This document shows, one piece after another, positions 15,638 through 22,415 of a stretch of DNA of 24,000 bases. Location of the stretch: positions 366,452 through 390,451 of the forward strand of contig JABHSG010000004.1 of the NCBI GenBank assembly GCA_018697095.1, in the 5' to 3' direction. The stretch is from an archaeon (GTDB lineage Archaea > Nanobdellota > Nanobdellia > Woesearchaeales > GW2011-AR9). A program made the position numbers and the translations under genes. The first letter of the stretch is position 1, and every line of letters starts with the position of its first letter. Below the pieces are notes generated by a model that was given only the letters and a program-made list of their open reading frames with translations, did not search any database and had not been told where the DNA came from.

Positions 15638-16390
15638 CTACTTCTTACCAAACCGTTCAAATGCCCGAAGTATTTCAAGAGGCATAGCAAACACAACTGT
15701 GTTATTTTTATCAGCTGAGATATCACTTAGTGATTGCAAAGTCCGTAAATGAAGCGCACCATCAGAACTACTTAGTAAACTAGCAGCCTTAGAAAGATTC
15801 TTAGCAGCTTCAAGTTCCCCGCCAGCCTTAATAATCACAGCACGTTTCTCTCTCTCTGATTCAGCTTCTGCGGCAAGTACTCGTTTCATTTCCTGAGGTA
15901 ATTCCACATCTTTAAGTTCAACTGACTGAACATCAATTCCCCAAGGGTCAGTTGCTTTATCAACAATTACTTTAATTTTTTGTGAAATTTTTTCTCGGCC
16001 AGCAAGTAGATCATCAAGCATTACTTCTCCAACAACATCACGCATTGTTGTTTGTGCAAGTTGGCTTGTTGCATATCCAAAATGCTCAACTTCCAAAATA
16101 GCTTTTGAAGAATCTTTAACTTTGTAATACAAAACTGCATTCACTCTAACAGACACATTATCTTTAGTGATAGCATCTTGGCTAGGAACATCAATTGTCT
16201 TAACACGCATATCAATTCTCTCCCAACTTTGAACTGCTGGGACTACAATCCTAAGTCCTGGTTTCATAACTCCAGAATACTTTCCAAGCGTAAACAAAAC
16301 GCCACGTTCATACTCCTTAACAATTTTTATTCCAGATAAAATAATCAATACTACAAAACTAATAATCCAAACTCCAAATCCAATAATCAT
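15638..16390 (-). CDS. SPFH/band-7 (stomatin/prohibitin-like) membrane protein
   Basis: N-terminal TM, then IVKEYERGVLFTLGKYSGVMKPGLRIVVP...TKDNVSVRVNAVLYYKV...LAQTTMRDVVG...RVLAAEAESEREKRA. Classic SPFH signature. Confidence 0.9.
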   Translation of the reverse strand: MIIGFGVWIISFVVLIILSGIKIVKEYERGVLFTLGKYSGVMKPGLRIVVPAVQSWERIDMRVKTIDVPSQDAITKDNVSVRVNAVLYYKVKDSSKAILEVEHFGYATSQLAQTTMRDVVGEVMLDDLLAGREKISQKIKVIVDKATDPWGIDVQSVELKDVELPQEMKRVLAAEAESEREKRAVIIKAGGELEAAKNLSKAASLLSSSDGALHLRTLQSLSDISADKNNTVVFAMPLEILRAFERFGKK

Positions 16391-16456
16391 TTTTAACTCC
16401 TCCTAATACTAAATAAAACATAAAAAACACCTATTTAAGTATTTGTAATCACCAAA

Positions 16457-16464
16457 CTTATAAA
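16457..16464 (+). promoter_or_regulatory. TATA box (CTTATAAA) for the DHH operon
   Basis: Lies 27 nt before ATG 16491, with no SD. Confidence 0.45.
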
Positions 16465-16490
16465 CTCCATTCTTAACATCTAAAAATAAC

Positions 16491-17705
16491 ATGTTAACTC
16501 CAAAACAAGTCAAAACTCTACGTACTGCTATTGAAAACTCTCAAAGTCCACTTTTCATTCATGACGACGACCCAGACGGCTTATGTGCGTTCCTCTTACT
16601 ATATGATATTAAACGTGAGGGCAAAGCTTTGATGTTAAAAGCTGCCCCAAAACTTGACACAAGATTCCTTAGAAAAATTGAACACTTAAGTTACGATTCT
16701 TTATTCATTTTAGATGTACCCCAAGTAGAACAAGATTTTATTGACCAAATCAAAACACCTATCTATTGGATAGATCACCATGGTCCAGAACGTCCAAAAA
16801 AAGCTAATTATTTCAACCCAAAATTAAACAATCCTGATGGTTATTTTCCAACAACATATTGTGCTTGGCAAATTAATCCAAACAAAGATAAGATGTGGCT
16901 CGCAATGGCTGGTTGTTTAGCAGATTGGTGCCTTCCAGATTTCACTAAAGATTTTCAAAAAAAGTATCCTAAACTTCTTAAAAAATCACAAACAAAAGAT
17001 ATTGGGACTGCTTTTTTTAAATCAAAAATAGGAATCATTTCAGTTCTCTTATTTTTTATGTACAAAGGATCAAATAACGACGTTCAAAAACGCCTAAGTG
17101 TAATGCGTCAAATTTCCGGGCCAGAAGAAATTTTAGATCAAACAACACCTAAAGGTAAATTTCTTTGGAAACATTATGCTAAAACAAACAAAGCATACGA
17201 GTACCACATCACTAAAGCAAGTACATGTAAAACAAAATCAAAATTACTAATTTATAATTACATTGATTCAAGATTTTCTTTCACATCTATTTTAGCAAAT
17301 CAATTACAATGGTTACACAAAAACAAAGTAATTCTAATTACTAGAAAAAGCGATGGGAAATACAAATGTTCATTAAGAGCCCAATTCCCAATCGTTGATG
17401 CACTTAAAGATGCATTAGAAGGATTAGAAGGTTATGGTGGAGGACACCCAACTGCTTGTGGTGCGGTAGTAGCAGAAATTGATTGGGAACATTTCATCAG
17501 GAAATTCGAAGAAAATATTGTGAAATCTTGGCCTAAAAAAACCATTAAAAAAATAGAGAAAAAAGAAACAACAAAAACTGGGCCGCAAAGTGGCACTGAC
17601 TTAGGAACTGGCACAGTTTCAAAGAAATCAATCAGTAAAAAAATTAAAAAAATATCAACTAAAAAACCTAAAATAAAGAAAACAAAAAAAATAGATTCAA
17701 AATGA
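16491..17705 (+). CDS. DHH/DHHA1-family phosphoesterase (RecJ/NrnA-like) with Lys-rich C-terminal tail
   Basis: Motifs IHDDDPDGL, ILDVP, IDHHGP and GGGHPTACG appear in the canonical order. The last ~60 aa are K-rich low complexity (KKISTKKPKIKKTKKIDSK). Confidence 0.8.
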   Translation: MLTPKQVKTLRTAIENSQSPLFIHDDDPDGLCAFLLLYDIKREGKALMLKAAPKLDTRFLRKIEHLSYDSLFILDVPQVEQDFIDQIKTPIYWIDHHGPERPKKANYFNPKLNNPDGYFPTTYCAWQINPNKDKMWLAMAGCLADWCLPDFTKDFQKKYPKLLKKSQTKDIGTAFFKSKIGIISVLLFFMYKGSNNDVQKRLSVMRQISGPEEILDQTTPKGKFLWKHYAKTNKAYEYHITKASTCKTKSKLLIYNYIDSRFSFTSILANQLQWLHKNKVILITRKSDGKYKCSLRAQFPIVDALKDALEGLEGYGGGHPTACGAVVAEIDWEHFIRKFEENIVKSWPKKTIKKIEKKETTKTGPQSGTDLGTGTVSKKSISKKIKKISTKKPKIKKTKKIDSK

Positions 17706-18016
17706 ACTCATTCATTATTCAATTAATTCCATTCATCATAACACCACCTTTAGGGATTGTACTTGGTTTTATTCTTGGAATGCTTACAATTGAAGAAATA
17801 AATGTTTTTAAAAAATATTTCAAACATGCAACCATCACATCCGCCACGTTTCTGATTTCATCAATTATAATTGCAATTTTAACAAAAAAAATCCAAGCAA
17901 CCCTAATTGGAATTTTAATAATTTCAGTAGTAGCTGGTTTAAAATTGCACTCAGATTTTATTAGTCCAGAAATAAAAGACGTCTTAAAAAATGAAAAGAA
18001 AAACACAAAATCTTGA
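17702..18016 (+). CDS. Small membrane protein (about 3 TM), function unknown
   Basis: Its ATG overlaps the DHH stop (ATGA at 17702-17705). Hydrophobic segments IIQLIPFIITPPLGIVLGFILGML, TFLISSIIIAILT and LIGILIISVVAGL. Confidence 0.45.
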   Translation: MNSFIIQLIPFIITPPLGIVLGFILGMLTIEEINVFKKYFKHATITSATFLISSIIIAILTKKIQATLIGILIISVVAGLKLHSDFISPEIKDVLKNEKKNTKS

Positions 18017-18659
18017 AGAAAGTCTCATAAACATAAGTTCTCCAAGTAAAGAAGACAAACCTAATATCTCATTAGAAACTGCAATCCAAGGTGAAAATAG
18101 TTTAGAAAACTTAAGTGAATTATTAAAAACAAATAAATCTAAAATCCCAATTCATTATGAATTAACGTTTAAAGAATCAAAAAAGAAATTTAAAGAAAGT
18201 TTTTTTAGAAAAGAATTATCTAAACACCAAAATATATCCATGCTTTCAAAATTTCTTGGAATTGATCGTAGAAGTATTCATCGGGCAATCAAAGATTTTG
18301 ATTTGATAGCTATTAAAAAATCAAAAACAAGTCAAGATTATTACCAAAACATCAAATCATACAAAAATTTCAAAGATCTCCTAAAAGGATACAATGAACA
18401 AAATTCAGAAGAGCTAAATTGGGGCATGCCAAAAATAGAAGAACAAATTATAACTGACCAAAAAATCAACCATAAAGATAAAATTGAAGAAATGACTTGG
18501 AAACAAGCTAAACTTGATTTCGAGCTTCGTTACTTGAAAATGCTTTTAAAACACAAAAATCCAAGTCAAACTAATAAAAGTCTTGCAAATAAAATAGGTT
18601 TAAGGCCAGAAACACTTTCAAGAAAGCTAAAAAAGTTAAATATTAAACATTTAATTTAA
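17991..18659 (+). CDS. Protein with two Fis/NtrC-type (HTH_8-like) helix-turn-helix modules
   Basis: Module 1: FKESFFRKELSKHQNISMLSKFLGIDRRSIHRAIKDFDL. Module 2: LDFELRYLKMLLKHKNPSQTNKSLANKIGLRPETLSRKLKKLNIK. The gene overlaps the upstream ORF by 26 nt. Confidence 0.55.
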   Translation: MKRKTQNLEESLINISSPSKEDKPNISLETAIQGENSLENLSELLKTNKSKIPIHYELTFKESKKKFKESFFRKELSKHQNISMLSKFLGIDRRSIHRAIKDFDLIAIKKSKTSQDYYQNIKSYKNFKDLLKGYNEQNSEELNWGMPKIEEQIITDQKINHKDKIEEMTWKQAKLDFELRYLKMLLKHKNPSQTNKSLANKIGLRPETLSRKLKKLNIKHLI

Positions 18660-18778
18660 ATCCTCATTGGCACCGCAACCTTTATAAACAAAACCACTCA
18701 AAATGACTTCAGGCTCCTAAGTACAAGTCAATTACTACAAAACTGAGCCAAAATATAATAAACAAGAGAAAAACCAAA

Positions 18779-19339
18779 ATGTTCTACAAAGTACGTGTAA
18801 AGGATTTCGTACGGGTACCACCCGCTATGTTTAACAAAGGCAAACAAGATGCTGTGCTCTCAAATATCAGAAATAGCTATGAAAACTTTGTCTCAAAAAA
18901 ACTTGGTTTCGTGATCAATGTAGTAGAAGTACATAGTATCAATGAAGGAATCATTGTTCCAGGAGATGGAGCTGGTTTTTATGAAGCAGAGTTTGATCTT
19001 CTAGTTTACAAACCAGAACTACACGAATTAATCTACGGAAAAGTACGTGATATCATTGATTTTGGTGGATTTTTAGATTTAGGTGGAGCAGAAGGAATGG
19101 TCCACATTTCACAAAGTATGGACGATTTTGTCTCATTCAGTAAAGAAAAAGTTCTACAAGGGAAAGCTTCAGGAAGATCTCTTAAAGTAGATGACAAATG
19201 TAAAGCTCGTATTATTGCAGTTAGCTATAAAGATGTAAGAAACCCAAAAATTGGACTTACAATGCGTCAAGAAGGCCTTGGTAAATTAGAATGGCTTGAA
19301 ACCGCTACTCAAAAAGCAGCAAACAAAAGCGCTGAATAA
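18779..19339 (+). CDS. rpo7: DNA-directed RNA polymerase subunit E' (Rpo7)
   Basis: MFYKVRVKDFVRVPP... N-terminal domain and an S1 domain (GKVRDIIDFGGFLDLGGAEGMVHISQ). Conserved archaeal neighbourhood with spt4-S24e-S27ae. Confidence 0.9.
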   Translation: MFYKVRVKDFVRVPPAMFNKGKQDAVLSNIRNSYENFVSKKLGFVINVVEVHSINEGIIVPGDGAGFYEAEFDLLVYKPELHELIYGKVRDIIDFGGFLDLGGAEGMVHISQSMDDFVSFSKEKVLQGKASGRSLKVDDKCKARIIAVSYKDVRNPKIGLTMRQEGLGKLEWLETATQKAANKSAE

Positions 19340-19356
19340 AATAAGGTAACAATCAA

Positions 19357-19551
19357 ATGGCAAAAAAATTAGCAAGAAAAACAGATAAGCGCCTAATCAA
19401 AGAAAATATGATTGGTGATTTAAACGAAAGTAAATCAAATTTTACCTCTTCATGGCAAGGAAGAATTTACGTTAAAGATGCACAAAACTCATTTATTGCA
19501 AAAGAGATGGGTATTAAAGAAAAAGGCGAATACGCAATCAAAGTAAGATAA
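19357..19551 (+). CDS. spt4: Transcription elongation factor Spt4 (RpoE''), cysteine-free variant
   Basis: Position directly after rpo7. C-terminal core SSWQGRIYVKDAQNSFIAKEMGIKEKGEYAIKV matches the Spt4 pattern W.G...V..P..S.IAK..GI...G.YA.KV. The protein contains no Cys. Confidence 0.7.
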   Translation: MAKKLARKTDKRLIKENMIGDLNESKSNFTSSWQGRIYVKDAQNSFIAKEMGIKEKGEYAIKVR

Positions 19552-19601
19552 TCCTTAAAAATAACAAAAAAATAAATGAAAAAATACATTTGGTGAATAT
19601 C

Positions 19602-20033
19602 ATGAAACTTACAATTGAAAACAAAACAGAAAACTTAGCAATGAATCGCATTGACCTTAATGGGAAAATTGATTTTGACGTAGCAACTCCAAGTAATGAA
19701 GAATTAACTTTAGAACTTGCAAAAAAAACTGGCGTTGACAAAGAAAATGTTGTTGTAAAACAAATAAAAACTTTGTTTAGTAAACAAACTGCAAATTTTA
19801 AAGCTGTAGCTTACAAAACAATTGAATCCAAAAATAAATATGAAGTAATGACTAAACATCTTAAAAAAATTGAAGAAAAACAAAAAAAGGAAGCAGCTGA
19901 AAAAAAACAAGCGGACGAAGAAGCAAAATTAAAAGCACAAGAAGAAGCTAAAGCCGCTAAGGAAGCAAAAGAGCAAGCCGCAAAAACTCCTGCTGAAACA
20001 ACAGAACCTGCTTCTGAAGAAAAATCAGAATAA
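19602..20033 (+). CDS. rps24e: 30S ribosomal protein S24e with K/A/E-rich C-terminal extension
   Basis: MKLTIENKTENLAMNRIDLNGKIDFDVATPSNEELTLELAKKTG...VVVKQIKTLFSKQTANFKAVAYK fits S24e. The track start 19590 is a TTG. ATG 19602 is preceded by GGTGA (19592-19596) with a 5-nt spacer. Confidence 0.8.
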   Translation: MKLTIENKTENLAMNRIDLNGKIDFDVATPSNEELTLELAKKTGVDKENVVVKQIKTLFSKQTANFKAVAYKTIESKNKYEVMTKHLKKIEEKQKKEAAEKKQADEEAKLKAQEEAKAAKEAKEQAAKTPAETTEPASEEKSE

Positions 20034-20079
20034 TAATATAATTAAGTACACAAAATAAACCACAAGGTGACAATCAAAC

Positions 20080-20319
20080 ATGGCAAAAAAAGCAAGCACA
20101 AAAAAAACAGGTAAAGATCGAAAAGCAGCTCGAGCAAACCAGAAAAATTCTCCTCGTAAAACTTGGGAAAAATACAAAGTTGACGGAGATAAGTTAACAA
20201 GAACTAACGATTATTCTCCAAAAAGTCCAGGAAACTTTTTAGCAAACCACAAAAACCGTAAAACTTGTGGTGCAACTGGTTACACTGAGACAAAATCTAA
20301 ACCAAAACAAGAAGAATAA
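20080..20319 (+). CDS. rps27ae: 30S ribosomal protein S27ae, variant with 3 of 4 zinc-ribbon Cys replaced
   Basis: TWEKYKVDGDKLTRTNDYSPKSPGNFLANHKNRKTCGATGYTE aligns with the S27ae pattern W..Y.......R....CP.CG.G.F.A.H..R..CG.CGYTE. SD GGTGA at 20066-20070. Conserved position after S24e. Confidence 0.75.
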   Translation: MAKKASTKKTGKDRKAARANQKNSPRKTWEKYKVDGDKLTRTNDYSPKSPGNFLANHKNRKTCGATGYTETKSKPKQEE

Positions 20320-20320
20320 A

Positions 20321-20348
20321 TCTTCTTTTAATTTCTTTTTTAATTTTT
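20321..20348 (+). terminator. T-rich terminator region after S27ae
   Basis: T6 at 20336-20341 and T5 at 20344-20348, directly after the stop at 20317-20319. Confidence 0.45.
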
Positions 20349-20394
20349 CAAATTTCATTCTATTCCACTAATTACTTTTATTCAAAAGAGTAAA

Positions 20395-20402
20395 TTATTT
20401 AA
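20395..20402 (+). promoter_or_regulatory. TATA box (TTATTTAA) for the UDG gene
   Basis: Lies 24 nt before ATG 20426. Confidence 0.4.
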
Positions 20403-20425
20403 CCAAAAACTAGCATCTCTTCTTC

Positions 20426-21040
20426 ATGCTAGATCACCAACATACAACCAATCAAAAAATCCACTTTCTAAAACAAAAATACACCTCTTGCCAATCATGC
20501 AAAGAACTTTGTGAATCAAGATCTCAAGTAGTATTTGGTTCAGGTAACCTTAATGCAGAGATTCTATTCATAGGTGAAGCCCCTGGAGCTAATGAAGATA
20601 AAAATGGCATTCCTTTTTGCGGAGCTAGCGGCCAAATCCTTCAAGACCTACTACAAAGTATCAATTACGATAGAAATCAAATATTCATTACTAACACAGT
20701 TCTATGCAAACCACCAAAAAACCGTAATCCTAAGGCTAATGAAATCAAAGCATGTAATGAAAGACTAAATCAAACAATCCAAGCTATCAACCCAAAAATC
20801 ATAGTAACTATTGGTAACTTTGCAACTAAAGCTATAACTAAAACCAAGGTAGGAATCACTAAAATACGTGGCAAACCAATTGAAACAACTATCAACAACT
20901 CTTCATACACAATAGTTCCAGTAGTTCATCCAGCAAATCTTCTATATAATGGTAGAAATCCAGTGATCTTCCAGCAAATGAAAGATGACTTTAATATCAT
21001 CAAAAAAATCATTAATAAAAAGACCAAACACCAAAAATAG
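20426..21040 (+). CDS. udg: Family 4 uracil-DNA glycosylase (4Fe-4S type)
   Basis: CQSCKELC cluster ligands, motif [24 protein letters not shown], motif [10 protein letters not shown]. Confidence 0.85.
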   Translation: MLDHQHTTNQKIHFLKQKYTSCQSCKELCESRSQVVFGSGNLNAEILFIGEAPGANEDKNGIPFCGASGQILQDLLQSINYDRNQIFITNTVLCKPPKNRNPKANEIKACNERLNQTIQAINPKIIVTIGNFATKAITKTKVGITKIRGKPIETTINNSSYTIVPVVHPANLLYNGRNPVIFQQMKDDFNIIKKIINKKTKHQK

Positions 21041-21055
21041 GTTCCAACAGTAAAC

Positions 21056-21063
21056 TTTATAAA
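21056..21063 (+). promoter_or_regulatory. TATA box (TTTATAAA) for S17e
   Basis: Lies 24 nt before ATG 21087. Confidence 0.5.
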
Positions 21064-21086
21064 CTACCAGCTGTCAAACAAGGTAA

Positions 21087-21284
21087 ATGGGACGAATTAA
21101 AACTCAGTTTGTAAAAAGAGTAACTAAAGAGCTATTAAAAGTTCATGGTGAAAAATTCACTGAAGATTTCGATAAAAACAAAGTCCTAGTTAATGCTCAC
21201 GCAAAGGTAGAATGTAAAAAAATTCGTAATATTATGGCAGGTTACATGACCCGTCTTAAAAAAGCTCAAGCAGCCCTATCTTAG
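21087..21284 (+). CDS. rps17e: 30S ribosomal protein S17e
   Basis: MGRIKTQFVKRVTKELL...FTEDFDKNKVLV...KKIRNIMAGYMTRL matches the S17e signature. Confidence 0.85.
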   Translation: MGRIKTQFVKRVTKELLKVHGEKFTEDFDKNKVLVNAHAKVECKKIRNIMAGYMTRLKKAQAALS

Positions 21285-21351
21285 ATTCTAATTCAACTTT
21301 TATATTTCTTATTAAAAATTTTGATCTCATCAACTATTAATTTAACAGAAT

Positions 21352-22398
21352 TTACTCAACACTTCCTTTCTCTAGTAATCCTTCCACAAAACCCATGATT
21401 TCTTCTTCAGTCTTTAACTTCATCACTTTTTGCCTAAGTTTCTTACCACCAAAGTAGCCTTTTGTGAATTGCATCAACGTACTTTTTACTTGGTAAACAG
21501 AGTAAACTTTATACTTACGAAGCAGTTCCACAAATCTCATCAAAAGTTCAATTTTTTTCTCAAAAGACAAATCTTCAAGCACTTCACCTGTTTTAAGATA
21601 ATGGTTCGCTTTGTAAAAAAAATACGGGTCTCGCATAGCAGCTCGCCCAACCATCACATAATCGCATTTAGTCTCTTCCATCCTGATTTTAACATCTTCC
21701 ACAGTAGAGATATCACCATTACCAATAACTACAATCCCAACTTCTTCTTTCACTTTCTTAATCCAAGACCAATCTGCCTTTCCTGAATAACCTTGTTTAG
21801 TAGTACGTCCATGAATTGCAATTGCAACGCAACCTGTCTCCTCAGCCATTTTAGCAACTTCAAGAGCCACAATTCGATTCGAAGATAACCCAAGTCTTAT
21901 TTTCACAGAAATCGGAGTAGAAAGTGTATTTAGCTTCACAAGAATCTTACGCAACTTATCCAAATCTGCAAGCAATGCTGAACCACCGCCACAAGCAAGT
22001 ATATTTGGCGCAGGACACCCAACATTCAAATCAATTACATCAGTTTTCCCTTCAAGATAACTTGCTGCTTCCCAGATTTTTTCTGGATCCTCTCCAAATA
22101 TTTGTGTGACAACAGGCCTTTCTTCTTCTGCCACATCAAAAATAGGGTTATCACTTTCTAACTGTTTGCGATAATTCACAATAGCATCAGCACTTAAAAA
22201 TTCAGTGTAACAAATTCCTGCTCCCATCTCCTGGCACAAAACACGAAAAGCCACATTGGTAACTCCAGCCATAGGTGCTAAAATTAATGGTGACTTCAAT
22301 TTAGGAAAAAATTTCTTGTTTCTTTGCCCATCTTCGTCTGCTTGTTTTTTTATAGATGCCACAATTCCTCTAGACTGCCAAAGCTTTATAAAGACCAC
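21352..22398 (-). CDS. dus: tRNA-dihydrouridine synthase (Dus family, TIM-barrel flavoenzyme)
   Basis: LILAPMAGVTNVAFRVL, IDLNVGCPAPNI, SVKIRLG, IAIHGRTTKQGYSGKADW, GNGDI and VMVGRAAMRDPYFF. Track start 22398 is a GTG, so the exact start is uncertain. Confidence 0.85.
   Translation of the reverse strand: MVFIKLWQSRGIVASIKKQADEDGQRNKKFFPKLKSPLILAPMAGVTNVAFRVLCQEMGAGICYTEFLSADAIVNYRKQLESDNPIFDVAEEERPVVTQIFGEDPEKIWEAASYLEGKTDVIDLNVGCPAPNILACGGGSALLADLDKLRKILVKLNTLSTPISVKIRLGLSSNRIVALEVAKMAEETGCVAIAIHGRTTKQGYSGKADWSWIKKVKEEVGIVVIGNGDISTVEDVKIRMEETKCDYVMVGRAAMRDPYFFYKANHYLKTGEVLEDLSFEKKIELLMRFVELLRKYKVYSVYQVKSTLMQFTKGYFGGKKLRQKVMKLKTEEEIMGFVEGLLEKGSVE
22385..22392 (+). promoter_or_regulatory. TATA box (TTTATAAA) for aIF2-gamma
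   Basis: Lies 24 nt before ATG 22416, with no SD. This supports translation of the long Lys-rich N-terminal extension. Confidence 0.5.
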
Positions 22399-22415
22399 TC
22401 TTCAATTCAAAATCA

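Noticed and set aside
18700-18750. Possible C/D-box sRNA between the TTTATAAA box (18681) and rpo7 (AATGACT ... CTGA)
   Set aside because: The C-box match is poor (no RUGAUGA). No C'/D' boxes or terminal stem are present, and the span is too short. It is more likely the rpo7 5' UTR.
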